Below, piece by piece: positions 20,301 through 30,622 of a stretch of DNA of 64,000 nt. Positions within the stretch are counted from its first letter, which is position 1. Every line of letters begins with the position of its first letter. The stretch lies in the sequence record PZ386948.1; one strand, 5' to 3'. The notes under the pieces were generated by a model. That model saw nothing but the letters and a program-made list of their open reading frames with translations, did no database searches and was not told the origin of the DNA. A program made the translations under genes and the position numbers. The stretch comes from a phage.

Positions 20301-21299
20301 TTACTTAATTAACTGTAAAGCTTGTTCAAGACGATCCAAGCGATTGACAGATTCTTCCCAAATCCTTTTAGCCTGCTCATATTCTTTCTGCGCTTTATTA
20401 GAAATTTCTAGAACTTCTTTATAAGCTTTTTCTAATGCAATAACTTCTGGACGAATTTCTACCGGTTCAGGTGAATCATCAAGACATTCCATTAGTTCCT
20501 CAAGGGTAGTTTCTTCTTTAGGAGTATTCACAATTTCATCACATTTTTGTTGGTAAATTTCTTTACTAGTAGGTGAATAAGTACATTTCACTTCACGAAG
20601 ACTAACTACAATTTTATATCCTTCCCAACCGCATATATTCTTAAAAGGATATGTATGAATATTTTCTACTGTTTCCATACAGCCCAAAACCGCCTTTAAT
20701 TGATAAGTTATAGTGCTAGCAATTGAGAAAAATTTATTAATATTCTTTTGGTTAGCGTTTGGTGTAAAAAATCCATAATTCACAAAAATAGCTACTTTAT
20801 TTTCATCAAGCTCATATTCTTTTACGATAATCATATCAGAAGCCAAAGGATGAATTTGACGATAATCGCCATAACATAATTTAGAAGCTGATTTTAGAAT
20901 TTGTCCTTTGAAAAGTCTGAAATTACTAATCCAACGACGAGTAAAAATATTCTCAGGGGCTTCTTTATTAAGATGATAAGAATTAACATCACCGAACCAA
21001 TTATATCCTACTACATCTTTAGTTCGTTTAATTTCTTTCCCAAATTTACTAAGAATATCTCTGTTGACTAAGTATGAAAGAAGACGAGACCCTTTAAAGG
21101 TTTTCTTAATGTCATCTTTATCTACACGGCTAGAAATTTCACGAACTTCATGAATAAATTTGCCGGAAGAAACAATACTTGCATCAGTATTATTGAGCCA
21201 TTGATTGATAATAGAAATCACACTATTCTTACTAGACATAGGTTTAACTTTATCATCAATAACGCTATTGAATGATTTGATATATTCGTTACGAGTCAT
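20301..21299 (-). CDS. hypothetical protein with C-terminal coiled coil
   Basis: Start set at MTRNEYIKS (RBS GGAG and promoter-like TGGTATAAT upstream); C-terminal coiled coil. Confidence 0.5.
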   Translation of the reverse strand: MTRNEYIKSFNSVIDDKVKPMSSKNSVISIINQWLNNTDASIVSSGKFIHEVREISSRVDKDDIKKTFKGSRLLSYLVNRDILSKFGKEIKRTKDVVGYNWFGDVNSYHLNKEAPENIFTRRWISNFRLFKGQILKSASKLCYGDYRQIHPLASDMIIVKEYELDENKVAIFVNYGFFTPNANQKNINKFFSIASTITYQLKAVLGCMETVENIHTYPFKNICGWEGYKIVVSLREVKCTYSPTSKEIYQQKCDEIVNTPKEETTLEELMECLDDSPEPVEIRPEVIALEKAYKEVLEISNKAQKEYEQAKRIWEESVNRLDRLEQALQLIK

Positions 21300-21327
21300 A
21301 ATAATCTCCTCAGTAGAAAGTAAGAAC

Positions 21328-21358
21328 ATTATACCACATCCTTGTGGCAAAGTAAACT
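21328..21358 (-). promoter_or_regulatory. early-type promoter (GTTTAC ... TGGTATAAT)
   Basis: Minus-strand GTTTAC and extended -10 TGGTATAAT, then GGAG RBS and ATG at 21299. Confidence 0.5.
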
Positions 21359-22376
21359 AGTTCAGTGCATTTAGTGCATTGTTCAGTTTAGAACGTTGCT
21401 TCGTGAGATTTTTGACTTTTTCTTGAGCTTTTTCTAGCATCTTTTCAGCTTCTAGCACTTCATTGGTCGCTTTAACGAGTTCATCATCTACTGCCTTGAT
21501 AGACTTCTCAATCGCATCCGCGTGCCATTTTTCAACAGGTTTAAGACTCGGATTTTCAATAGGAAGAAAATTCACTTTATTGAATTTCCATGCATCTTTA
21601 TTACCTGAACTATACATCCAAAATTTAGGATCGTTTGATGAGTAATTAGATGAATTTAAGTTATCTTGCACTTCTTGCTTTTTCTCTTGCGGGACTTCGT
21701 CCTTTCTCAAAAAATCGTATTTAAATGAAACGATCATATCAAGTTCATATGTTGTTGTATGTTCCCAATTTCGCTCAAAACGAGGTAAAATCTTAGAATG
21801 AACAGCGGCAACAACATCCATATACTTAAATGCTTCTGTCAACTGCGATTTAAGGCATTCGCAAATTGAAAGAGAATTTTTTGTATTAGGTTTAAAGCTA
21901 ATTCGTGCAGTTCTATTATTTTCTTTTAATGGTCTTACTTCCATCTGAAGAGTATAACCATCAAATTTCAGGTTCTTTAAGTTAATATCAGAACCTTTTA
22001 ATCGACTAGCCGTCGACAAAATTTGCTTTAATTGTTTACGGAATAGAGCAATAAATCTCCATTCAATACGATAATGATTTGGATTGAAAAATCCAGATGA
22101 TAAATCGACCTTACTCTGACCAACACCTTGAACAAACAGAGGATTTTTATAATCAATAGTTTTACAGAAATCGGTGAGCTGCTCACGAGCAGTCATTTGT
22201 GTAATATATCCCGCTTTACTAAAATGACGTAACCATTCACTGCTATTCATATACTTAAAGTGAATGGAACTATTAACTCTATCAGGGTCTAAATTATTTT
22301 GGCACAAAAATGTCATAACATCACGAGTATAGCTGGCATTACGAACCATATCTTCAATTTGAGAACGAGTTTTCAT
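21357..22376 (-). CDS. hypothetical protein with C-terminal coiled coil
   Basis: 339 aa; C-terminus ...EAEKMLEKAQEKVKNLTKQRSKLNNALNALN. Confidence 0.5.
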   Translation of the reverse strand: MKTRSQIEDMVRNASYTRDVMTFLCQNNLDPDRVNSSIHFKYMNSSEWLRHFSKAGYITQMTAREQLTDFCKTIDYKNPLFVQGVGQSKVDLSSGFFNPNHYRIEWRFIALFRKQLKQILSTASRLKGSDINLKNLKFDGYTLQMEVRPLKENNRTARISFKPNTKNSLSICECLKSQLTEAFKYMDVVAAVHSKILPRFERNWEHTTTYELDMIVSFKYDFLRKDEVPQEKKQEVQDNLNSSNYSSNDPKFWMYSSGNKDAWKFNKVNFLPIENPSLKPVEKWHADAIEKSIKAVDDELVKATNEVLEAEKMLEKAQEKVKNLTKQRSKLNNALNALN

Positions 22377-22384
22377 AGTGTTCC

Positions 22385-23287
22385 TTAAGATTTAAGTAAA
22401 TCAACAATTTTAATTAATTTTTCACGCTCAGATTTAGCTTTACTACTCAATCCAGATAGTCTGAAAATTTCATCGTCATATTGTTGAATAGAAATATTCA
22501 GCTCTTCAATTTGCTTATTAAAATAATCAATTTGTTCAGAATGTTTTTCGTTACTACGAACTGGTACAGGTTTTGTAGGCAATTTAGTTGAACTGGATTC
22601 ATCCGGGCGATAAATTAAAATACAACTTGAACCAATAGGGCATTTAGCACCAGATGAATATTCTAACGTTCCAGCTTCTTTTAAAACTTCAAAAGCTAAA
22701 CAGAGATGATGCCCCATATTAACATAATCTGTAGAGCGAGCTCTGATATAATAATCATCGCCGCGAATACTAAATTTAAAGCATTTAAGGTCTTCTGTAT
22801 TATTGGTCTTAAAAATCATTTGTTTATCTAGACCTTTAGCTAATCGAGCGCCTAATGCTAATAATCGTCGTTGATTTTCCCACAAATCCGCAATCATTTG
22901 ATCGAATGATAATTTCGGCATTAGTCGACCATAAAGGTCATATCCTTTATTATAATTGCGAAGGATTTCACTCGCATTAATACGAGACAACGCTCCAATT
23001 TTATTAAGGGCTTTCATAATGCGATTAGATAAACCCATTCCAGACCCGTTTGTTCGTTGTAAATGTTTATCTAATCCAAACCCAATATCAACTTTAAATT
23101 TATCTAAAATTTCAGCATGAACATCTCTGTCAATAACATTCAAATCCAAAGTTGGGTTAAATCTATGAAAAAATTTATCTGGCTCTCCACGACGAAGTAC
23201 AGTCCATTCATTTAATTTTTTATTAACTAAAGATTTAATTACTGCATTGACATTATTAATTACTACTGACATATTTTTCTCACTCAA
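22385..23287 (-). CDS. hypothetical protein with C-terminal coiled coil
   Basis: 300 aa; C-terminus ...IEELNISIQQYDDEIFRLSGLSSKAKSEREKLIKIVDLLKS. Confidence 0.5.
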   Translation of the reverse strand: MSEKNMSVVINNVNAVIKSLVNKKLNEWTVLRRGEPDKFFHRFNPTLDLNVIDRDVHAEILDKFKVDIGFGLDKHLQRTNGSGMGLSNRIMKALNKIGALSRINASEILRNYNKGYDLYGRLMPKLSFDQMIADLWENQRRLLALGARLAKGLDKQMIFKTNNTEDLKCFKFSIRGDDYYIRARSTDYVNMGHHLCLAFEVLKEAGTLEYSSGAKCPIGSSCILIYRPDESSSTKLPTKPVPVRSNEKHSEQIDYFNKQIEELNISIQQYDDEIFRLSGLSSKAKSEREKLIKIVDLLKS

Positions 23288-23688
23288 TTTTCAATTTTAC
23301 TAAATACACAGAATATGATGGAAAAGACTATATAAGCACAACACACAGATTGAACTAATACCATTCCAAAGAACCAAACAATATTATCAAACAATGTCTG
23401 TTTTACGTCGAAAGGACGTAAACTTACAGTAATATTATCGCCTTTTTCTATTGATGAATACATCTCTGGTGAAATATATTCGCTAAATCTATAACCGTCA
23501 TTGAGTTCATATACGGCAATAAACGATAAACTAGACCCCTTTCCTTGAGTTCCTGTAAGGGTATTAACTACAGTAACATCATAATCTTTATAATGCATAT
23601 AATCATTAATTGCGTAATAACCATATGCAACTACTACACATAAACAACATATCAATAAATTCAATCTTTTAATTATCAACTGTTTCAT
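23284..23688 (-). CDS. membrane protein (two predicted TM segments)
   Basis: 134 aa; hydrophobic N- and C-terminal stretches. Confidence 0.45.
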   Translation of the reverse strand: MKQLIIKRLNLLICCLCVVVAYGYYAINDYMHYKDYDVTVVNTLTGTQGKGSSLSFIAVYELNDGYRFSEYISPEMYSSIEKGDNITVSLRPFDVKQTLFDNIVWFFGMVLVQSVCCAYIVFSIIFCVFSKIEN

Positions 23689-23743
23689 AATAATCTCAAT
23701 TAAAAGGGCTTAGAACCATTATACCATCCTTGGTATAAAGCGG

Positions 23744-24271
23744 TTATGCGAGTACCGTCTTTAACCGTTCTTCAAACTTCCGAAGAGTATTCTGGCGTTC
23801 AGCTCTTTGCTTTTTGTAAGTTTCAATACGCTCTGAAATGAGAGTGTATCGTTCATTTACTGATTCTTTCATAAAATCAGGAATTTCACGAGAAGCTTTA
23901 ATCTCATCAAATTTATCAATAACAGCTTGCTCTTCAGCAATTAAGTTATCATACATCAAAATATCTTTCTTGATGAACTCAATATCTTCTTGAGTTACAC
24001 GAGATAACTTAGATGCTTTATCCTTTTTGTACTGTTCGTTAGTATCACGAGACCAGTGTAATGTACGATTTTTATTCGTATTCTTGTAAATTTCTACAAT
24101 ACCAATCTCATCAATAATAACGATCCAATTCCAACGAGATTTGTAAATTTGTCCTCCGTCAACCGTGATTTCACCTCCGATTGAGATGTCATTAAAGAAC
24201 TTGCTTTGTGCTTCTGATTTAAATTTACCATCGTTGTAATTTACCAGGTTGAAAATATCTTTAGCGTTCAT
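23744..24271 (-). CDS. hypothetical protein
   Basis: Start set at MNAKDIF (GGAGG RBS); upstream ORF extension is read-through of promoter repeat. Confidence 0.45.
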   Translation of the reverse strand: MNAKDIFNLVNYNDGKFKSEAQSKFFNDISIGGEITVDGGQIYKSRWNWIVIIDEIGIVEIYKNTNKNRTLHWSRDTNEQYKKDKASKLSRVTQEDIEFIKKDILMYDNLIAEEQAVIDKFDEIKASREIPDFMKESVNERYTLISERIETYKKQRAERQNTLRKFEERLKTVLA

Positions 24272-24299
24272 TTTGTGTTCCTCCGTAGTTGATAGTTGT

Positions 24300-24328
24300 A
24301 TAGTACCACAGAGGAACGGTCTTGTAAA
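24300..24328 (-). promoter_or_regulatory. early-type promoter (GTTTACA-17-TGGTACTAT)
   Basis: Minus-strand motif followed by GGAGG RBS and ATG at 24271. Confidence 0.5.
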
Positions 24329-24331
24329 CAA

Positions 24332-24646
24332 CTAAAAGAAACTTCTTTCACAATTTTTTCCACTGAACCACGCACTCACTGCTTTCTTAGTCTCAGGAGC
24401 AGTGTTATCCATAAACCATTCAAAGGCAGCCTTTTTATGATTCTGGAGGTCTTCTCGGGCTTTAATCTGCTCACGGTCTATTAACACTAACATATGAGCC
24501 TTTCTTGTCACCATGGGCTTCTTATGATTTTTTGAATACTCCCAGTCATTTGTCCATCGCATTGTCGTTGCGAATTGAAATACAGCTTCTTTAATTTTAG
24601 TTTCGTAAATTTCACGAGCCTTTGAGTATAACATCATTACCTCCAT
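24332..24646 (-). CDS. hypothetical protein
   Basis: 104 aa ORF. Confidence 0.45.
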   Translation of the reverse strand: MEVMMLYSKAREIYETKIKEAVFQFATTMRWTNDWEYSKNHKKPMVTRKAHMLVLIDREQIKAREDLQNHKKAAFEWFMDNTAPETKKAVSAWFSGKNCERSFF

Positions 24647-24735
24647 TTACCAGTTTAATTCTAGTCATCTTTTTGATGGCAGTCCATATAATCTATTTCT
24701 GAACTGCCTTTTTATCTTAGAAGGCCTCTTATGAA

Positions 24736-25722
24736 TTATTTCAGAAGAGTAACCTCAGCGATTTCTTCCCAACCGTTTTTGTCGGTCATAATAAAGTCAG
24801 CAAGATAAAGAGCAGTACGCAGTGAAACATTGCGTAAACGATTAACATTGACTTTCATCCATGATAATGCTTTATAAGTTTCTTCATCAGAAAGACCGCG
24901 CTTTTGCATCATGTCAGTTGAAAGAATAACATCTTCAACCCTGACCATAATTTCTTCATTAGTGTGAACACCCAAATCTAAATAAACTGAGCGGGACACT
25001 AATGCTTGTAAATGTGGAGCAAGTTTAGTACCACGGTCTAATTCGCGGTCAATATCAACGTTTGTGATAAAAACAATCGTTCCTTTAAATTCAAACTCAC
25101 GCTCAATGCCTTTTTCTTCTAAGTAAGAAGATGCAGTGCTCCAGCAGACTTTACGGGTCTCTCCGGTGTCCAGAGCAGCTTTCAGAAGATTAAGAATGTC
25201 CATATCAGAGAAAACATCCACATCATCAATCAAAAGGACAGAATTCTCTTCACGATTATTCCAAAGCTGTTCATAAAGACCGATACCAGAGATTTTACCA
25301 TTAATGCTTTTATACTCAATGTATCCAATATCATTTGCTTTATTTAAAGCTTTATCTAAAGAATACGTTTTACCAATACCTGCTGCTCCCGAGATAATTA
25401 ATGAACGAATGTTTCCGTTAATAATACCATTCGTCATCATTCCCATAACATTAAATCTTTTATTAATGCGGGTTTTCATATCTTCATACGATTCTTTAAC
25501 TTCTTCAACTTTTACACCATCATATGAAATGTCTGATTTGTAAACCCAAACACCGCGACGTTTACCGTCAATTTCAACAAAAACTTTACCATCTCCTTGT
25601 GCATCTACCGGAGCATTATCTGGGAACCATTCGCCTAAGAGCTCAAAAGTTCCAGAGATTTCTTTACCGAAGTAGATACCCTTATTGATAGTTACAGTTT
25701 TCATTTTGTTCTCCAATTTCAC
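24736..25722 (-). CDS. P-loop NTPase (AAA-like)
   Basis: 328 aa; Walker A GAAGIGKT, Walker B VLLIDDVD. Confidence 0.6.
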   Translation of the reverse strand: MKLENKMKTVTINKGIYFGKEISGTFELLGEWFPDNAPVDAQGDGKVFVEIDGKRRGVWVYKSDISYDGVKVEEVKESYEDMKTRINKRFNVMGMMTNGIINGNIRSLIISGAAGIGKTYSLDKALNKANDIGYIEYKSINGKISGIGLYEQLWNNREENSVLLIDDVDVFSDMDILNLLKAALDTGETRKVCWSTASSYLEEKGIEREFEFKGTIVFITNVDIDRELDRGTKLAPHLQALVSRSVYLDLGVHTNEEIMVRVEDVILSTDMMQKRGLSDEETYKALSWMKVNVNRLRNVSLRTALYLADFIMTDKNGWEEIAEVTLLK

Positions 25723-25773
25723 ATTTGTTTTGATAGGGTAATAATATCACACTACTACCCTGCTGTAAACAAT

Positions 25774-26037
25774 TTATTTTAATGTTTGCCAAATTTTTAC
25801 TGCTTCACGACGAGATACTTCTACAGCTCCAAGTTCTACAGCTTTTTGGCGTCGCCGAGCGTGTAAGTCATAATGTTTAATGCGTTTATCTTGAAACCAA
25901 GAACGTTTCATTCCTATTGCTTCTGCCATTTCATGAAGCTCTTCAATATCTCCATCAGTGAACATATGACAATTTTTAGTTGGATGACCGCGAAGTTTCC
26001 ATCCATGATTCATTAAAACATCTACGTAAACTGTCAT
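25774..26037 (-). CDS. hypothetical protein (possibly DUF4031-like)
   Basis: 87 aa; family assignment from memory only. Confidence 0.4.
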   Translation of the reverse strand: MTVYVDVLMNHGWKLRGHPTKNCHMFTDGDIEELHEMAEAIGMKRSWFQDKRIKHYDLHARRRQKAVELGAVEVSRREAVKIWQTLK

Positions 26038-26220
26038 TGATTCTTCTCCAAATAAGTTTCGATAATTTTCTGAGCGAGATAAACTGCATTATCTTCAGTT
26101 GCATCTTCTAAGAAACTTTCAAAACACTCTGAAATTTCTTCTGTGTCAATCAACTTTTTTACTTCAATTGGTGTAATTTTCATTTTGTTTTTCCGTTTAA
26201 GTGTTTGTTTTGATAGTTGT

Positions 26221-26250
26221 ATAGTACCATAAAGCTTTATGCTTGTAAAC
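26221..26250 (-). promoter_or_regulatory. early-type promoter (GTTTACA-17-TGGTACTAT)
   Basis: Same motif family, upstream of small ORF start 26183. Confidence 0.5.
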
Positions 26251-26273
26251 AATTTTGTGAAAAATTTTTGAAA

Positions 26274-26297
26274 TAAAAAAGGGAGCCCGAAGGCTCC
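26274..26297 (-). terminator. intrinsic terminator (hairpin + U-tract on minus strand)
   Basis: gggagcccgaaggctccc preceded on plus strand by aaaaaa. Confidence 0.6.
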
Positions 26298-26300
26298 CTA

Positions 26301-27347
26301 TCATTTATAATAACTTCGGTGGTTTTCAAGATAAACCCTCTCAAGGAAGTCATCCCAAAAACCCATGTCTACTTTTTGCTGCATACCGTTCTTAGAAGCT
26401 TCAGTAGATGCTGCTTCTACTTGATCGACCACATCTTCCAAAAACTCTTGAACCGTTTTAAATGGATGTTTACCCAACTTCACGTCGAGAATAAATGGAG
26501 CATCTTGGAGTGGATAAACCAAGTCACCAGTTTTGTAAATTTCCAATAGTTGGAGTCCACCACGGCAAGCATGACTCATAGCTTTCCAGTCAATACCTTC
26601 ATTGGCTTCGGCCTTACGAGCACGTTCACCGTATTCAGCATCTAATTTGTTCAGTGACTGCTTAAGCTCAATAAGAGAAAGCGTTGTCTGATATTTACGA
26701 CCCAACACTGTGTAAAACGTCTGTGGGCCTGTTTTCTCATGATTATGGAACACCCATTCACAGAATTCGTTTTCTGGAAGACGATGCTTAATATCTTCAA
26801 CTTTAGTACGACGCTGCTTAATGGAACCGTCTTCTTGGTAATCAACCCATTGCTCAGGGATTTGATTAACTACTTTCAATACATCGCGTAATGCAGCCAA
26901 ACGAGAACCCTTAACGCCGTATTTAGAAGCTTGCTTACGGACATATCCTAAATAGGATTTCATGTTAGTCGTATAAAAACGAGAACGGTTGTCTTGAATA
27001 AACTTCCACACATCAGGCAAATCAGATTTAACCACTAACTCAGGTGGAGTGTGAAGCATATCTAACGCTACAGTTTCACCATCTGCTGCTAATTTAAAGA
27101 AATATTTAAGACTATACAATTCGTGGTCAATATCATCTTTAGTGTTTTTAGATGATGTGTTGTTAGTGTTTTTACTCATATGCTCTTTAACATTTCCGAT
27201 AAGAATATCGCGAGCAGGAGGAACAAAAATTTCTTTAAAATCTACATCAGATTCTGGAGTAGAAGTTCCATAAAGATGACTACCAAAATAAGACTTAACT
27301 ACAGTTTTCATTATTAGACCTTTCATAATCTTCATTAAATTGTACAA
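26301..27347 (-). CDS. nucleotidyltransferase-fold protein (predicted)
   Basis: GS...D.D signature FGSHLYGTSTPESDVDF near N-terminus; start codon ambiguous (27347, 27332 or 27311). Confidence 0.55.
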   Translation of the reverse strand: MYNLMKIMKGLIMKTVVKSYFGSHLYGTSTPESDVDFKEIFVPPARDILIGNVKEHMSKNTNNTSSKNTKDDIDHELYSLKYFFKLAADGETVALDMLHTPPELVVKSDLPDVWKFIQDNRSRFYTTNMKSYLGYVRKQASKYGVKGSRLAALRDVLKVVNQIPEQWVDYQEDGSIKQRRTKVEDIKHRLPENEFCEWVFHNHEKTGPQTFYTVLGRKYQTTLSLIELKQSLNKLDAEYGERARKAEANEGIDWKAMSHACRGGLQLLEIYKTGDLVYPLQDAPFILDVKLGKHPFKTVQEFLEDVVDQVEAASTEASKNGMQQKVDMGFWDDFLERVYLENHRSYYK

Positions 27348-28074
27348 TCAATCGATGATAATTAGATTTTGGATATCCTAATTTACTTATATAAGTTCCG
27401 AATGACCCACGTTTAGGTCTATTTAATTTAATCCATAACTTATAAAGTAAGTCATAGTCTTGCCAATGTTTACCAGTTCTTTGTCTAATTTTAGATGAAT
27501 TTGATTGTTTCTTTTTAGTTTCAAAATTATTCAAAGATTTTTTGACTGCAGCAGAGTGTTTTTCTTTAACTCCCGGTCGTTTAAAAGCAGCTTTCACCCC
27601 TTTAGATATTTTTTCTTTAACTTCCGGTTTGTTTTGTGCTTCTAACTGGGATTCTGAAATTTTAGCCCTTATTTCAGGAAGACTTAATGTTATCGAACGT
27701 TTTTCTCTGTATTCATTAGACTTCCACATTTCTTTCATTGTATTAGAATGTATTTTTGAAAATTTTTCTCTAACTAACTGATATCCTCTTGAAGTTAATT
27801 TGAGATTTCTTCCTAAAGAATCTTCTCCAAAATTATAAAATGACCACCATGCATAAATTAATCCAGGCGAATTATAATGAATTTTAGCTAAAAGCCAATG
27901 GGCTATAAAATGCTCTCTAGCTGTTAATAAAACTAGATTATCAGAATCATCATTACCACCAATACAAGATGGAATAATATGATGCTTTTCCGTATAAAAA
28001 TTTAATTTAGATTTATCTAATTTTCTGAGTTTTCCTTTCTTAATTAAATTATTATATACTTTAGTATAATTCAT
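27295..28074 (-). CDS. HNH homing endonuclease (MobD-like)
   Basis: 259 aa; HNH motif EKHHIIPSCIGG...NLVLLTAREHFIAHWLL; C-terminus resembles ORF 6565-7419. Confidence 0.7.
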   Translation of the reverse strand: MNYTKVYNNLIKKGKLRKLDKSKLNFYTEKHHIIPSCIGGNDDSDNLVLLTAREHFIAHWLLAKIHYNSPGLIYAWWSFYNFGEDSLGRNLKLTSRGYQLVREKFSKIHSNTMKEMWKSNEYREKRSITLSLPEIRAKISESQLEAQNKPEVKEKISKGVKAAFKRPGVKEKHSAAVKKSLNNFETKKKQSNSSKIRQRTGKHWQDYDLLYKLWIKLNRPKRGSFGTYISKLGYPKSNYHRLIVQFNEDYERSNNENCS

Positions 28075-28148
28075 TGGTTTTTCGTCTCATTTAATTTTGC
28101 TTTGCATTTATAACACATGTCTGTTCCACTTGAAATAAACATATTTCC

Positions 28149-28706
28149 TCACTTTGAAATCATAGTTGGAATGACAGAATCAAGATAAGTCTTTAGTGCA
28201 ATAGCTTCGTCTTTGGTAAATGTGACAATATGTGCTCGAAAATCATCAATTTGACGAATAGTTAAGACATCTCCATCTTCATAACATTTTGATACGTTTA
28301 AAACAGTTTCATCATTCTGATTGCAAGCGTTAGTAATAATAGCATTGCAATTTTTAAACCATTTTAAACTATGTTTTCTTTCATTAGAATAATAAAAATA
28401 TTTAATCTTATCTATAAAACTATCCCAATGGATAACTGATAAACACATTGACTCACTTTTAATATTAAATCCTGGGCATGAAGAATAAAAATGAATTTTG
28501 TGCTCATCATTGATGCTTACTATTTTATCAGTATAAGGATATTCAATTTGGGTTAAATGAATGATTTCACTAGGCGTAAAATATAGCATATCGTCTTCTT
28601 GTGTCAAACGATACATATTATTTACTTTTTCTATAGCTAATTCACCAAAAAGCGGACTAACTTCTAATACTAATCGTTTCATATTGATTCTCTTCGACTC
28701 ACTCAC
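28149..28706 (-). CDS. hypothetical protein
   Basis: 185 aa ORF. Confidence 0.45.
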   Translation of the reverse strand: MSESKRINMKRLVLEVSPLFGELAIEKVNNMYRLTQEDDMLYFTPSEIIHLTQIEYPYTDKIVSINDEHKIHFYSSCPGFNIKSESMCLSVIHWDSFIDKIKYFYYSNERKHSLKWFKNCNAIITNACNQNDETVLNVSKCYEDGDVLTIRQIDDFRAHIVTFTKDEAIALKTYLDSVIPTMISK

Positions 28707-29036
28707 AATTACATACTCCTTTGAATAATATCAATAATGTTGTTCACCAGATTATAAGTAAACATTGGATAATTATATTGAATCATCACATACACAACAA
28801 ACAAAACTTTCATTCTCTTCTCCTTGGAAGTTGACAAGATTACTATACCATAACCTTGCCAACTTGTAAACCATTAAATGGCGTTTTCAATAAAATTCTG
28901 AAGCTTTGTGTGAGCATCAACCATGATTTTCATTTCTTCTTTGGCGAAAGCTGTACCTCTTTCCCGAGAAGAACATTCATAGTCAGAAACTGCATTAGCA
29001 TATTCTTCAATTAGTTTCATTAAAAACATCTGCTTT

Positions 29037-29231
29037 TCAGTTTTCATTATTCCACCTAATCATTTCAAGATATTGAACTAACTTAGCTTTAGATTTATCC
29101 AAATCCTTTTTAGCTGCTTCTATACCATCGTATGAATATCCTTCACAATGCTCAACTGCTAATTGATATGAATCTATTTCAATATCACGTGCTAATTTAA
29201 TGATTTTTTCAAACTGTTCGCGTGTTAGCAT
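29037..29231 (-). CDS. hypothetical protein
   Basis: 64 aa ORF. Confidence 0.4.
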   Translation of the reverse strand: MLTREQFEKIIKLARDIEIDSYQLAVEHCEGYSYDGIEAAKKDLDKSKAKLVQYLEMIRWNNEN

Positions 29232-29233
29232 AC

Positions 29234-29473
29234 TTACACTCTCGTATTATGATCGATAATTTCATCAAGAAACATATCTAACGCTTCTATAGCATTATCC
29301 ACTTTAGTTTCAAAGTCTTTAATGCCTTTATTCGAAATACCCGATGAATACCAAGCAAAGTCAATCAGCTCTTCATCTGCTTTACGAATTGAAGCCACTA
29401 ATTCCTTGATTTTATCTGCTTGCTCTATACTAATCATTATTCCACCACATATGACAGAGAGAATATTGCACAC
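29234..29473 (-). CDS. hypothetical protein
   Basis: 79 aa ORF; probable internal start. Confidence 0.4.
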   Translation of the reverse strand: MCNILSVICGGIMISIEQADKIKELVASIRKADEELIDFAWYSSGISNKGIKDFETKVDNAIEALDMFLDEIIDHNTRV

Positions 29474-29670
29474 GCCATGTGAGTTGCAACTTCATCACAC
29501 ATATCATAACGTTTCTTAAGAAGTTCTACAAGTTCTTCACTAGTGACTTCATCCATGTCGACGAAAAAATCACCATTAATGATGACATAGATATTTCCTT
29601 CTTGATTAAGTGCTTCAATTTTCATGATGTTCTCCTCTTTATCCGATGGTTGTATAGTACCACAGCTCAA
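29437..29670 (-). CDS. hypothetical protein
   Basis: 77 aa ORF; 5' end overlaps promoter repeat, likely starts at MKIEALNQ. Confidence 0.4.
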   Translation of the reverse strand: MSCGTIQPSDKEENIMKIEALNQEGNIYVIINGDFFVDMDEVTSEELVELLKKRYDMCDEVATHMACAIFSLSYVVE

Positions 29671-29693
29671 ACGGAAAGTAAACCGGTAAAATG

Positions 29694-29718
29694 AAAAAAG
29701 TCTCCCGAAGGAGACTAA
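29694..29718 (-). terminator. intrinsic terminator
   Basis: agtctcccgaaggagact preceded on plus strand by aaaaaa. Confidence 0.6.
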
Positions 29719-29720
29719 TG

Positions 29721-30107
29721 TTATTCGAGGGAAAGAAGATACTTACTCTGGTAAAACATTCCAGTAATATCATCTATCGTGCTTTGGATGGCTGGAGGCA
29801 TTTCTTTATAAATGCTGTTAGATTGGTCTAGTATGTGATCAATCATTCTAATTGTGTCGGTAGGAAGTTTACTAGCATCTGGAATTGAAGGTGTGTATTT
29901 TCTACCAGAATACCCCAAATATTGCTCACCAAATTTATCAATCAAATCTGGCAACTCGGAGAAAATAAAATCGTATGCTTTGTGTCTAGCATAACTTTTA
30001 GTTTCAAAATGTGCAGAATGAAAATAAGCTTGTGCAGCCATTAATAAACCTAAGTATTCATCTGCCTTTGAAGGTTTTCCACTTTGTGAAAAGTCGCTGA
30101 ATTTCAT
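29721..30107 (-). CDS. hypothetical protein (rI.-1 position)
   Basis: 128 aa ORF directly upstream of rI. Confidence 0.5.
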   Translation of the reverse strand: MKFSDFSQSGKPSKADEYLGLLMAAQAYFHSAHFETKSYARHKAYDFIFSELPDLIDKFGEQYLGYSGRKYTPSIPDASKLPTDTIRMIDHILDQSNSIYKEMPPAIQSTIDDITGMFYQSKYLLSLE

Positions 30108-30397
30108 TCAGTCTCCAATTTAATGTTCATAATTCTAGCGTATGATTGTGCCATCTCCGCGCCTCGCTCTATACATTCAAAATCGGAAGAGCACGGGTCA
30201 TTTTTATAAGTCGTTCGCATAAAACTATAGAACTGTTCAGATGATTCTACGCTTTTGTTTTCAAAAAGCATATAAACGTGTCTAATACCAGATTCCATAA
30301 ATTTATCAAAATGAGGATCGACATTCGCTTCAATTGGTGGAGATAAAGCAAACGCTAATCCTAGCATGGCAAATAGTGCCGTTGCTTTTAAGGCCAT
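30104..30397 (-). CDS. rI: lysis inhibition regulator RI
   Basis: 97 aa; signal-anchor N-terminus MALKATALFAMLGLAFALSPPIEA; close to remembered T4 RI. Confidence 0.85.
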   Translation of the reverse strand: MALKATALFAMLGLAFALSPPIEANVDPHFDKFMESGIRHVYMLFENKSVESSEQFYSFMRTTYKNDPCSSDFECIERGAEMAQSYARIMNIKLETE

Positions 30398-30409
30398 AAA
30401 GGCCTCCTA

Positions 30410-30622
30410 TCATTTTTGTCCTGTATTTACTTTATGCCGATGCACGGCCTTAACTTTATCAAGGTATTTTTCAAAATTTCGCAATCTAGTATAGTCTGCC
30501 GGAGATTGGTTGAGTGATACTTCTCGACGCAAAGCTGAAATGATATTTCCAACTTCCCTACGAATTTCATCTAATTGAAGAACAGTAAGATTGCGAAGTT
30601 GCTTTTCAGTTAATTGTAGCAT
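30410..30622 (-). CDS. hypothetical protein (rI.1 position)
   Basis: 70 aa ORF. Confidence 0.45.

Noticed and set aside
23744-24331. N-terminal extensions containing GTIQLS / FTLGFSSDTITLS motifs in several ORFs (23744, 26034, 40190, 45079, 45547-45759)
   Set aside because: These are translations of the repeated early-promoter sequence upstream of the real start codons, not conserved protein domains; starts were moved to the first Met after the RBS.
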